From positions 1,408,001 to 1,472,000 of the forward strand of contig CAWCYI010000004.1 in NCBI GenBank assembly GCA_963799845.1: DNA of 64,000 nucleotides. The letters are read 5' to 3'. The notes under the pieces were generated by a model that was given only the letters and a program-made list of their open reading frames with translations, was not told where the DNA came from and did no database searches. Below, piece after piece: positions 50,559 through 59,693 of the stretch; the stretch's first letter is position 1; the number at the start of each line of letters is the position of its first letter. Source of the stretch: an uncultured Nitrososphaerota archaeon (lineage in GTDB: Archaea > Thermoproteota > Nitrososphaeria > Nitrososphaerales > CADDZS01). Position numbers and translations under genes: made by a program.

Positions 50559-51326
50559 TTACTGCACTCGAATTCTTCTGAACGCGAGCACCGCAATTCC
50601 GAAAACTGCAGCGGCAACGACTGACAGCGTTATGACTTCGAGCGACAACGTCGGCGTGAACGAACTGAAGAGGCCTGCTCTAAACATGTCGGTCGTCCAT
50701 GTCAAAGGATTTCCGTAGCTAATCACTTTTATCGCGCTGGGAGCCGAACTTGCTGGATAGAAAACCGATGAAGTGAACAGGAAAACGAAAAACGCGAATG
50801 TTGAAACAATCTGGAAGGTTTCTGACGATCGAAGCACAACGGATAGCGCAATCGCAAAAGATCCAAACAATATCGTCCCGAGAAACAATGCCGCTCCCAC
50901 AAAGAAAACTCCCTCAGGCGTGATTTGAAGATGCGCTCCCAAAACTGGAAGTGCGATGAGGAAGACGATCAATGAACCTGCTATACCGATGATCAGGGTG
51001 GCAAGAATAATACTGAAGATGTATTGAGCTCTGGAAAACGGTCCCATGAGTAACTGCTCGAACATCCCGTTTTTTCGATCGTACCAGAGCTGCGTTCCAG
51101 CGTTAGTGCCGCCATTGATAACGGTGAGGGTGACGGCCCCAGCAGCCAGATAGAGTTGATAGGGAACCGTCAGACCATTACCGAGACTCACCTTCCCCGC
51201 AATTCCTCCCAAACCTGGCCCCTCTACAAAAATGAAGAAGATTGGAAAAATCAGCTCGAAGAAAAGGGACGCGAAATCAAGATTTGCCCGCAGGTTTCTG
51301 TAGGTGAGTCTGACATAGGTATTCAA
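50559..51326 (-). CDS. ABC-2 type exporter permease
   Basis: Six TM helices and an NPLTW motif; coupled to the upstream ATPase. Confidence 0.9.
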   Translation of the reverse strand: MNTYVRLTYRNLRANLDFASLFFELIFPIFFIFVEGPGLGGIAGKVSLGNGLTVPYQLYLAAGAVTLTVINGGTNAGTQLWYDRKNGMFEQLLMGPFSRAQYIFSIILATLIIGIAGSLIVFLIALPVLGAHLQITPEGVFFVGAALFLGTILFGSFAIALSVVLRSSETFQIVSTFAFFVFLFTSSVFYPASSAPSAIKVISYGNPLTWTTDMFRAGLFSSFTPTLSLEVITLSVVAAAVFGIAVLAFRRIRVQ

Positions 51327-52363
51327 TTCGAGTACACCTCAGATTTCTTGGCACTTTCTTGGTTTGAATTTCCGACAAGACTAACGAACGCATCTTCAAG
51401 CGAAGTCTCTGAAATGTAAATTGAGGTAATCTGCAGCCCGAGTTTTTCCGACTGTCGGTAAAGCTCCGGTATGATAAGTTCCGGCTTCATCGTCGAGATT
51501 CTGTAGGAACCACTCTCCGGGTCTTGCACGATTTTCGTTACAGAATCGACTCGCCCAATTTCACTGGCGAGCTGCTCCGAAGTTCCTTCCAGAAGCTTGA
51601 ACTCGACCGCCTTTGCGCTGCCGAACCGTCTCTTCAGGTTCTCCGGCGAATCAATCTGAATGATCTTGCCGTAGTTGATTATCGCAATACGGTTGCAGAG
51701 ATACTCGGCTTCCTCGAGTATGTGGGTCGTAAAGAAGATCGTCAGCCCTTCTTTTTCCACCTTCTCCTTGAAAAAATTGAGAACCGATCTCCTCGCGATG
51801 GGATCAAGACCGACCGTGGGCTCATCTAGAAACAGCAAATCCATGTCGTGCATGAATTCTCGAGCGACCTGAAGCCTGCGTCTCTGGCCGGCGGACAGAT
51901 CGATGGTCGGGTTTTTCCTGAATTCGTCCATCCCGAATTTATCAATCAGCTCGGTCATGCGCTTCCTCCTCTCCTCGGCCGGCATGTCCCAAATCAGCCC
52001 GTAGATGTCCAGACTGGTCTCCACTTTCAAGCCTTGGTCGAAGCTGTCCTGCTGTTGAACCACGCCAATTTTTTCTCGGATCTTTTTTGCCTGTGATCGC
52101 AGATCGAAGCCGAGTATCGAAGCTGCTCCGCTCGAGGGCGGAATAAGAGTGGTGAGCATTTTTATCGTGGTAGTCTTGCCGGCACCATTCGGACCAAGAA
52201 AACCGAAGACCTCTCCCCGCTTGACCTCGAAGTTTACCGAGTCAACCGCAACCTTATCGCCAAATCTCTTTGAGAGTTCAGCTGTAGAAATGGCAAGTTC
52301 GGAGGGCAACCAACGTCGTGTTTTCTCGGGCCTCATTAAAGTAGTTCCGTTCAACACGCTCAA
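51323..52363 (-). CDS. ABC exporter ATP-binding protein (DrrA-like)
   Basis: Motifs GPNGAGKTT, LSAGQ, LFLDEPT and TTH. Confidence 0.95.
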   Translation of the reverse strand: MSVLNGTTLMRPEKTRRWLPSELAISTAELSKRFGDKVAVDSVNFEVKRGEVFGFLGPNGAGKTTTIKMLTTLIPPSSGAASILGFDLRSQAKKIREKIGVVQQQDSFDQGLKVETSLDIYGLIWDMPAEERRKRMTELIDKFGMDEFRKNPTIDLSAGQRRRLQVAREFMHDMDLLFLDEPTVGLDPIARRSVLNFFKEKVEKEGLTIFFTTHILEEAEYLCNRIAIINYGKIIQIDSPENLKRRFGSAKAVEFKLLEGTSEQLASEIGRVDSVTKIVQDPESGSYRISTMKPELIIPELYRQSEKLGLQITSIYISETSLEDAFVSLVGNSNQESAKKSEVYSN

Positions 52364-52510
52364 CTGAAAATCGATGTGATAGATACTTCATGAAATTGAG
52401 AACGGGATATGAGTAGAAGTCATCTGTACAGTAGCAATAATCAAGCTGGATAGGATCTCAATTAGATTCAGACAACATTATGTTACCCGAAGATCAATTG
52501 AGTTTGGGAT

Positions 52511-52762
52511 ATGCCTTCAAAGGCTAATTATCATAAGCAGAAGCTACACGCCCCGAAGGATGTTGAAGAAAAGCTGGGTCTTGTTGAGGGTGACAAACCT
52601 GAAATCCGAATCGTGGATGAAAAATCATTCACTGTATCCCTAAGATGTAAATCTTCTCCCGAGGACAGAATGATCGAGAGAATTGACCAGAGGCCGTTCA
52701 TCTCCAAGATGAAAGCAAAGACTCTCAAACGAGAGGATTACTACGATACGGATAGAAGTTAA
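52511..52762 (+). CDS. AbrB/SpoVT-like antitoxin, apparently orphan
   Basis: KLHAPKDVEEKLGLVEGD AbrB-like motif and a C-terminal LKREDYYD typical of VapB. Confidence 0.6.
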   Translation: MPSKANYHKQKLHAPKDVEEKLGLVEGDKPEIRIVDEKSFTVSLRCKSSPEDRMIERIDQRPFISKMKAKTLKREDYYDTDRS

Positions 52763-52805
52763 CGGGACTAATATTCCATTAACCACATTCACGAATCCAA
52801 GTCCA

Positions 52806-53951
52806 TCATTCAACATAATCAACCCGCTTTGTTATTCTAATTCCGCGCTTTTCCAGTTCCTTTGAAAACTGTTGAGAATCAATCGCGAGTTCAGGCGCCA
52901 AAACGCCCTTCCCAACTTTATCTTCAGCCAGGTACTGCCCAAATATCGATCCGGCGACTCCCGTGAGGTACGCGGTCGCATTCTTGAATCCATAGGAGCC
53001 GGGAGCAGAAACGAGGTCGCAGCTTACAGTGCATTTCTTTCCATCACCTACTCCGCTAACAACCGTCTTCAAAGCCACCCACCTCTCCAGCGATTCTGAG
53101 GAGTTGACGTTGAAAAACGAGACGAGGAATTCTTTTGGCGAGACGAGCTGACCGTTAATCGGCACCTCTCGCTCCTCCGACAGCATGCCGATTTCAATCA
53201 AAGGTGACAGCGCCCTCACCATTTTTTCCGAGATGCCCAGTCGGAATTCCACGTTCTTTACTCCCCTCCCGATTGAAGCGGGAAGCGTCGCCGGTTCGGA
53301 GTGGATCGAGTAGTGACAGACACTTTTTCCCACCGGCTCAGTGAATCTAACTTCCTCGTCCCCCGAAAGGGGCGGCACCTCAACATAGCCTCCGTTGAGG
53401 AACTCTACCGGTTTTCGCGTGTATTCGTCAATTACCGTGGAAACTGAGAATGGAAAAACCAAACCCGTGTTGCTCGAAGTCTCTTTCGATCCGGCATAGA
53501 CTTTGACAGAATCAACCGACTCTAGTCCTTCGGCTACGAGTGCGCACATCACGTTTGTGATCCCGGGACTTTCTCCTCCGCCGACGACCATGGATATTCC
53601 GCGAGTCTTAGCTTCGGAATCCAGAGAGAGCTGCTTTCGGGTCACGTGGAATAATCCTCCGAGGTCGTCATAGTTGCAGCCCGCCTTCAGACACGCTCTC
53701 ATTACATGCAAGTTGTTTTCGTACCACGTCGCATTTACGACGGCCTCGTATTTCTGGAGAAGCGATGAGAGAGACTCGAGATCAGTAACCTCCACTTTGA
53801 ACGCCTGTCCTGAACCTGCCTCCTTCACGAGCCCCTGCGCTCTATCAAGATGCATGTCCCCGACACCAAGCTCAACGTCCTTCCCCGTGCGGATCAGATC
53901 CTGAACGATGGCGGAACCCATCCTGCCGGCACCGAGAACGAAAACTCTCAT
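52806..53951 (-). CDS. Saccharopine dehydrogenase-family oxidoreductase
   Basis: Motifs VLGAGRMG, YDDLGG, GESPGITN and HSEPATL. Confidence 0.9.
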   Translation of the reverse strand: MRVFVLGAGRMGSAIVQDLIRTGKDVELGVGDMHLDRAQGLVKEAGSGQAFKVEVTDLESLSSLLQKYEAVVNATWYENNLHVMRACLKAGCNYDDLGGLFHVTRKQLSLDSEAKTRGISMVVGGGESPGITNVMCALVAEGLESVDSVKVYAGSKETSSNTGLVFPFSVSTVIDEYTRKPVEFLNGGYVEVPPLSGDEEVRFTEPVGKSVCHYSIHSEPATLPASIGRGVKNVEFRLGISEKMVRALSPLIEIGMLSEEREVPINGQLVSPKEFLVSFFNVNSSESLERWVALKTVVSGVGDGKKCTVSCDLVSAPGSYGFKNATAYLTGVAGSIFGQYLAEDKVGKGVLAPELAIDSQQFSKELEKRGIRITKRVDYVE

Positions 53952-54088
53952 TGGACGTTACAACTTCTTCGGACTTTTTGAACAATTCGGAAAAATTGAC
54001 GCCCGTCGAATTGATCTAATCAGGCTAAGGAATTATTCATCCAATCCAACGTTCCGTTGAGACGCGGTAAACCCCAAAATATCAATCC

Positions 54089-54111
54089 TTATTACAGTAA
54101 TATTACAGTAA
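54089..54111. promoter_or_regulatory. Tandem palindromic ATTACAGTAA(T) motif upstream of tfb
   Basis: TT-ATTACAGTAA-T-ATTACAGTAA, about 40 bp before the tfb ATG in a divergent intergenic region. Confidence 0.45.
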
Positions 54112-54148
54112 CTTTCCTGCTTTTTCCAGGGAAGATGCTTAGAACCAA

Positions 54149-55069
54149 ATGACAAGCGAACAAGATTATTCTGAGAAGAGTAGAACTCTCGACGTGCCCG
54201 CGTGCTGCGCCCAGTGCGGCAGAGGCCCCTTCGTCCTTGACTCGTTCACCGGCGAGCTAGTCTGCAGCAGCTGCGGATACGTGGTAAAGGAAAAGATAGA
54301 GGATACCGAAGAGGAATGGAATCGGTACTCACGCGAGAATTCGCGAAACATTACAAACCGGGATATCTCGACGGTAATCGGCAAGGAAAACCTCGATGCC
54401 TCGGGCAGATCTTTTGGCTCTTCTATGAGAATGACGTTAGAGCGCCTTCGCTCCTGGGACAGGAGGACAAAGTTTCACTCATCGTTCGACGTGAGCCTTG
54501 CGAAGGGGCTGGCGCAGCTTGACGGGTTTGTGGAGAGAATGCATCTCAGCAGCTCCGTCGCGGAAAAAGCGGCATACATTTACAGAAAGTCTGTTGAGAA
54601 AAAATTGATCCACGGGCACACTATCTCCGGGATCGTTGCCGCATCTATGTACATCGCGATAAGAGAGACCGGGACGCCGCGAACGCTTAAAGAAGTTTCA
54701 GAGATCAGCGGGATTGAACGCTCCAAACTCTCCAACTGCTACCGGGTGATCGTTCGCGAGCTCGACCTCCGAATGCCGGTTGTCGATCCGAGGAGGCTGC
54801 TCTCGGGGATCGCGAGACGTGTTAATGCTCCAGAAAAAACGGAGAGGGCCGCGCTCGATATCTTGAGGCGCGCGACGGAGACGGGCGTCGCGAGTGGCAA
54901 AAATCCGACGGTGATGGCGGCGACTGCTCTCTATGTGGCCGGCGCCCAGCAATCCAGTGGGATAACCAAAAAGGATCTTGAGGTTGCTGCCGGTATTACT
55001 CTTCTGACGATAAGGTACCGCTCCAGGGAACTCGTTGAGGGACTGGAACTACCAAAGTTTGTTCGTTAG
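54149..55069 (+). CDS. tfb: Transcription initiation factor IIB (TFB) paralog with shortened B-reader
   Basis: CAQC..CSSCG zinc ribbon, ISTVIG..N.DASG, two cyclin folds (AAYIYRK, PRTLKEV, GKNP..MAA.ALY). Confidence 0.93.
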   Translation: MTSEQDYSEKSRTLDVPACCAQCGRGPFVLDSFTGELVCSSCGYVVKEKIEDTEEEWNRYSRENSRNITNRDISTVIGKENLDASGRSFGSSMRMTLERLRSWDRRTKFHSSFDVSLAKGLAQLDGFVERMHLSSSVAEKAAYIYRKSVEKKLIHGHTISGIVAASMYIAIRETGTPRTLKEVSEISGIERSKLSNCYRVIVRELDLRMPVVDPRRLLSGIARRVNAPEKTERAALDILRRATETGVASGKNPTVMAATALYVAGAQQSSGITKKDLEVAAGITLLTIRYRSRELVEGLELPKFVR

Positions 55070-55233
55070 ACCCCTTCGACTCGCTTTACTACCAGAGGCC
55101 TGACCTTTCTCAACACGCGGTACCCGCAGCTGATACACTTTATCTCGGGGAGCTGGAGCAGCTCCTCGAGAGACTGCTTAGTCCCGCATCTCTCGCACTC
55201 GTAGATAACGGAACCGAATACTTTGTCGCTCAT
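55066..55233 (-). CDS. rpo12: DNA-directed RNA polymerase subunit P (Rpo12), 55 aa
   Basis: Manual translation MSDKVFGSVIYECERCGTKQSLEELLQLPEIKCISCGYRVLRKVRPLVVKRVEGV. It carries the Y.C..CG ... C..CGYRVL.K.R....K signature and an ATGA overlap with the upstream gene. Confidence 0.9.
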   Translation of the reverse strand: MSDKVFGSVIYECERCGTKQSLEELLQLPEIKCISCGYRVLRKVRPLVVKRVEGV

Positions 55234-55862
55234 TTGCGCAACCACTCCTTCGCCTTTCCGACCTCGACGCTGATGAGGGAATGCGTCGAATCCTCCCAGT
55301 TCATGGTGACCTGCGCGCCGGCACCCTCCAGCATCTTCTGGAGAGCGACTGTACCTTCCCTCGGAATCATCGAGTCAAACCGCCCGGCCGAGATGAACAC
55401 TTTCTTCCCCGAAAGGTCCGGCATCTTCTCGAGCCTTAGCGGAAGCATCGCTCTAAATAAAATCGCGCGTCTCAAAGTCTCGGGCCTGAGGAGCAGCAAA
55501 CTCGCTCCGATATTAGCGCCGTTGGAATAGCCCAGCCCCACAACCGATCGTGGATCAAAGCCGTATTTCTTCGAAGCCGCTGAAACGAAATCGGCGAGTT
55601 CGGCTGTCCTGAACCTCAAGTCCTCAACGTCAAACACGCCCTCGGCAAAACGCCGGAAAAATCGCGGCATCCCATTTTCGAGTACCTTTCCTCTCGGACT
55701 CAGTATCGCCGCTTCTCCGTCGATCGTCCTTGCGAGCGAGAGCATGTCGTCCTCGTCTCCGCCGGTACCGTGGAGGACGAGCAGGGTATTTGCGCCGGCC
55801 CGTTTTGCTGGAATGAACCTGTGGATGAACCCCAGCTCTGAATCCATCTGTCTTGTGCTCAT
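55230..55862 (-). CDS. Alpha/beta hydrolase (phospholipase/carboxylesterase, MhqD-like)
   Basis: Motifs LHGTGG.E, GYSNGA and a C-terminal D/H catalytic pair. Confidence 0.92.
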   Translation of the reverse strand: MSTRQMDSELGFIHRFIPAKRAGANTLLVLHGTGGDEDDMLSLARTIDGEAAILSPRGKVLENGMPRFFRRFAEGVFDVEDLRFRTAELADFVSAASKKYGFDPRSVVGLGYSNGANIGASLLLLRPETLRRAILFRAMLPLRLEKMPDLSGKKVFISAGRFDSMIPREGTVALQKMLEGAGAQVTMNWEDSTHSLISVEVGKAKEWLRK

Positions 55863-56962
55863 TTGGACTCCCTCACCTTCGCAAGCTTTGCGACGACGAG
55901 CGATTCCGGCGGCGTGGTAACTCTTGGATATTGCGGGGGCCCCGCCTGCGAATTCTTGTTATCTGTTTCTCCGAGAACTCTTTCAATATCCGCACGTCGA
56001 TCTTCTTCCCAGGGAGGCAGTACTAGTTTAGTCCCCAGTTTTTCAAGTGGCTCATCTACGGTGTATCCCGGATTCTTTGTTGCAATCTCTAGCAGGTTCC
56101 CGTCGGGATCCCGGAAGTAAAGCGAGTGAAACCAGAACCGATCAATTATTCCGGAGTTGTTTATTCCGAGGTCGTTTAGGCGCTTCATGATCTTCTGCTG
56201 GTCTTTGTCATCTTGAACCGCCATCGCGATGTGGTGGACGTTGCCCTTTCCGACAAAACCGTGCGACGCCTCCTCCGAAATCAGGTACCGCATAAAGTCC
56301 GGCTGTTCATCGTTCCCGATCGCGAGGATTGCAGTTCCCTCCTGATCCGGGTTCGGTTTCGTAAAGGGATTTTTCAGTGCGAGAAGTTTGTCAAAGAACA
56401 TAGTAGTGAGGTGCGCATCATTTGCAACGGGAGTCGCGTGGTTGAATTTCACGAGACGCATATCGGGGCTTATTGAAGTAACGCTGGAAGCAACTTTTCC
56501 TGCCTCGTCGAGGTATTCCTGCGATACCTCGTTGTTCGGATCTGGCACGGTAATCTCGACGATGACCCCGTCAGGATCTCGGAGGTACAGCGAAACTCGG
56601 CCATCCCTTGAGTAAGGGCCGGTGACCGAGACGCCCTGCGAGACAAGCCACGACTTCCATTTGTGTAAAGAATCAATGCTGGGAGCGGTGTACGCCAGGT
56701 GATGAGGAGATCCCAGCCCAATCTGTCCCCTCGGCAGGTCAGGCCACTCGAAGAAAGTTATGGCACTACCGGTGGTTCCCTTCTCGTCGGCATAGAAAAG
56801 GTGCCGGTGAAATATATCGTCTTGATTGACTGTGAGCTTTACTCGGCGCAGCCCCAGTATCTCTGTGTAAAACTTGTTGTTAACAACTTGGTTTGAAGTA
56901 ACGAGAGTGATGTGGTGCAGTCCTTTGACCAGGCCTTGCAAATCTTGAGACATTTTAATCAC
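55859..56962 (-). CDS. Ring-cleaving dioxygenase / glyoxalase (VOC, MhqA/E/O-like)
   Basis: Motifs GLHHIT, LRRVKLTVNQDD, VHHIA and DRFWFHSLYFRDPDG.LLEIAT..PG. Confidence 0.92.
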   Translation of the reverse strand: MIKMSQDLQGLVKGLHHITLVTSNQVVNNKFYTEILGLRRVKLTVNQDDIFHRHLFYADEKGTTGSAITFFEWPDLPRGQIGLGSPHHLAYTAPSIDSLHKWKSWLVSQGVSVTGPYSRDGRVSLYLRDPDGVIVEITVPDPNNEVSQEYLDEAGKVASSVTSISPDMRLVKFNHATPVANDAHLTTMFFDKLLALKNPFTKPNPDQEGTAILAIGNDEQPDFMRYLISEEASHGFVGKGNVHHIAMAVQDDKDQQKIMKRLNDLGINNSGIIDRFWFHSLYFRDPDGNLLEIATKNPGYTVDEPLEKLGTKLVLPPWEEDRRADIERVLGETDNKNSQAGPPQYPRVTTPPESLVVAKLAKVRESK

Positions 56963-57054
56963 TCCAAGACATTAGGCGCTCCTAAGTAATAAATCCCGCA
57001 GTTTCTCTCGGCCCAGTTAGTCCGTGCGGCTTTACCTAGAAACCTCTCCGTGAC

Positions 57055-57462
57055 CTAGACCTCGGTAAGATCTTCTTTGGATTTTCCGATGAAGATCTTC
57101 CCAAAAAAGATGTTATCTTTCTCCCTGAGTTTCAAGAGTTCGTTCGCGAGTCTCCTCTCGGCATATGGCATCGCGATGTTAATCCCGAGAGCTGCGTACC
57201 ACGACAAAATTGCGTAGATGAAAAGAGAGGCGATGATATACTCTCCCGGACCGGTTTTTAATTCAAACACGTTCAAAAGGAACAAGACAAGCGATGCGCC
57301 ACCCGAGGCCGAATAAACGAATCCCAGCCAGTAATATTGCAGCTGGGAATTGTCTATCTGCCTGATCTTTATCGTCCCGTTCAGGAGCGGGGCAACAAGA
57401 GCGAGGAGGGGCAAGAAAAGCAGGGAGAGCCCGTACTCCGGTAAAATGATATTGTACGACAA
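57055..57462 (-). CDS. Membrane protein
   Basis: Three hydrophobic helices. Confidence 0.65.
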   Translation of the reverse strand: MSYNIILPEYGLSLLFLPLLALVAPLLNGTIKIRQIDNSQLQYYWLGFVYSASGGASLVLFLLNVFELKTGPGEYIIASLFIYAILSWYAALGINIAMPYAERRLANELLKLREKDNIFFGKIFIGKSKEDLTEV

Positions 57463-57643
57463 GAGAAAGCGGGGCCATCGGGATTGATCCGGACTCCGTC
57501 TCGCTTCCGAAAAAGTTCCTGAAAATATCTCTGAATGAAGAGCGTGTAAACTAGATTTAGAGCAAGGACGAGTGTGAGATCGATGAAGAAGCTTTTGAAC
57601 GATAACAGGTTGAATAGTCCCTTATTGTCCTCTTCTCCGGGAT

Positions 57644-57964
57644 TCAGTTTTTCTGTATGCCCTCGATATCTCGTCTAGAAGTCGATATCACAAATTTCCT
57701 GCGTAGAAGCTTGTTGTTCGCAAAAAGCTTCACGAGCTGGACGAGAACGATCCCCCCGAAGACATAAGTGAACAGAAAACCTATGCCCACCCAGAGCGGC
57801 GATGCGATGACCTCGTGCAGCGTCGCCGTGGATATAGTCGCAATGCTCGGCAGTCCAAGCCGGTGTGGAATAATCCTGTGAAGCAGGATCCTGACTAACG
57901 CGTATATTGCGACGAGGAGGAACGGCGCAACCCAGAGAACCGCGATTTGAAGCCGTCGATTCAA
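57644..57964 (-). CDS. Small membrane protein
   Basis: Two hydrophobic helices. Confidence 0.6.
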   Translation of the reverse strand: MNRRLQIAVLWVAPFLLVAIYALVRILLHRIIPHRLGLPSIATISTATLHEVIASPLWVGIGFLFTYVFGGIVLVQLVKLFANNKLLRRKFVISTSRRDIEGIQKN

Positions 57965-57982
57965 GTCTGACGATTCAAATCT

Positions 57983-58507
57983 TTACGAAACCTTGGATCG
58001 CTCTAGCTTGTTACCGTATTTTTCGAGGAAGACAAGCTCTTCGAGCGACTTGCGGTTTTTCTTCTTCCCGGTGATTTTCTTTGCAGGGTATCCGAATCCG
58101 ACGACTATAGATGGCTCCAAGTTCGCGGGAATTGCAAGATCTTTTCTCATCTTGGAGAGATCAAACCCGGTGTACAGCCTGGATGCAACGCCGAAGTTCC
58201 AGGCGGCGACCTGCATATCTTGGGTAACTCTTCCCGCATCGATCAAATGAAATCCCAGTTTAGGATCGGTCAAGACTACAATTGCGAAATTGGCGCCCTG
58301 CACCCACTGCCCCGAAGTGCTGTCGTCTGCTAACTGCTTCAAGTTCTTGGGGTCCTGCACGAGAATAAACCGCCAGTGCTGGCTGTTGACACCACTGCCA
58401 GTCAACCTCGCAGCTTCCAGGATCTTTAGCTTTACATCTTTCGGAACCGGTTTTGAGTCGAATTCTTTTACGTCCAGCTTTGTTACAACTGCATCATATG
58501 CATCCAT
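57983..58507 (-). CDS. Nitroreductase-family protein
   Basis: Motifs ILEAAR.TGS..NSQHWRFILV, DAG and GFGYP. Confidence 0.9.
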   Translation of the reverse strand: MDAYDAVVTKLDVKEFDSKPVPKDVKLKILEAARLTGSGVNSQHWRFILVQDPKNLKQLADDSTSGQWVQGANFAIVVLTDPKLGFHLIDAGRVTQDMQVAAWNFGVASRLYTGFDLSKMRKDLAIPANLEPSIVVGFGYPAKKITGKKKNRKSLEELVFLEKYGNKLERSKVS

Positions 58508-58655
58508 CGCAAATCTTACCTTCTCGAAAATAGAGTGATTATCTTTCTTAAAATCCAATCGTTAGTCCAAATTTTTGTGGACTCGGTAAAATTGTAAAAG
58601 ATTAGATGGGTCGAGCCGCGACTATGCGAGAATCTTTTCTATTACATCGCGATCC

Positions 58656-59213
58656 ATGGTGTTCATGACCAGTTCCAAACCCCTAGTTTTCGTTGTCCAG
58701 AAGCACAAGGCTACTTCGCTCCACTATGATTTCCGTCTCGAGATCGGAGGAGTAATGCCGTCGTGGTCGATTCCAAAGGGGCCTTCCCTCGACCCAAGTG
58801 TTAGACGCCTTGCCTTGCCCACTACCGACCATCCAATGGAATACAGGGATTTTGAAGGTGTACTGCCAAGAGGGGAGTACGGAGCGGGGCCCGTGATGAT
58901 CTGGGACGAAGGAACTTACGACGCCGAGAAGGAAATTACAAAGGGGATACGGGAAGAAATCACCGACCCGAAAAAAGGGAATATGGTCATGGAAGAGGGG
59001 TTGAAGGAAGGAAACCTGAAATTTCGCCTCTTCGGAAAAAAGTTGCAGGGCTCCTTTGCCCTGGTGCGGACTAAGGGATTCGGCGGTACGAAAGAGTCCT
59101 GGCTTTTCATAAAACACCGCGATCAGTTTGCGGTCAAGGGATACGATGCAAACGATTACGATGTTTCGGCGAGGACAAACAAGTCGCTCGCGGAAATTGC
59201 GGCTTCTCAATGA
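58656..59213 (+). CDS. Stand-alone LigD 3'-phosphoesterase (PE) domain protein
   Basis: Motifs FVVQKH.AT.LHYDFRLE, SW.IPKGPS.DP, DHP.EY..FEG and IWD.GTY. Confidence 0.93.
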   Translation: MVFMTSSKPLVFVVQKHKATSLHYDFRLEIGGVMPSWSIPKGPSLDPSVRRLALPTTDHPMEYRDFEGVLPRGEYGAGPVMIWDEGTYDAEKEITKGIREEITDPKKGNMVMEEGLKEGNLKFRLFGKKLQGSFALVRTKGFGGTKESWLFIKHRDQFAVKGYDANDYDVSARTNKSLAEIAASQ

Positions 59214-59275
59214 GTTGTGCTTACTGTAATATTACACCAACAGTTGAAAGAATGCCGTTAGCAAAAAACAGGGCA

Positions 59276-59387
59276 TGAAACGAACTGTCCTGAGCTTACA
59301 GAGCTCGAAACGATCTGAACGCATTGAACAGAGCTTGAACATAGCTCTTCGGCCAAAAGCTTGCACGTGTGGGAACGCAGAAAAATT
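59276..59387 (-). repeat. AGCT-rich non-coding element, copy 2 (inverted relative to copy 1)
   Basis: The reverse complement aligns with 45474-45589 at roughly 85% identity by eye. AGCT occurs at 59293, 59302, 59332, 59343 and 59358. Confidence 0.9.
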
Positions 59388-59465
59388 TTGGTTCTGTTCG
59401 TTCAAGCGGTGATTTTCTCGCCTGTTCGGCTGACGGTGATAAATCAAGGCCTTAAGCTTTTCCGG

Positions 59466-59693
59466 CTAATTCGACATTCTCCCTTTCTGAATATGGTCAT
59501 GGATTCCAGTGAGTAGAGCCGCTGTAATCATGGCGATAATAGCAGTTATTACGGCCGCGCCTATCGGAGATCCCAAAATTGGAAGCGTACCGTAGTAAGT
59601 GAATAGAGTGATGATGTTGAGCCCTAGATAGGATAAGTAAATTACGAAAAAGATGATTCCGAAACAGATTCCAAAGAAAAGACCGTTCGTCAA
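59466..59693 (-). CDS. Small 2-TM membrane protein
   Basis: Two hydrophobic helices. Confidence 0.5.
   Translation of the reverse strand: MTNGLFFGICFGIIFFVIYLSYLGLNIITLFTYYGTLPILGSPIGAAVITAIIAMITAALLTGIHDHIQKGRMSN

Noticed and set aside
45474-59387. Autonomous transposon or casposon
   Set aside because: No transposase, casposase, integrase or target-site duplication was detected.
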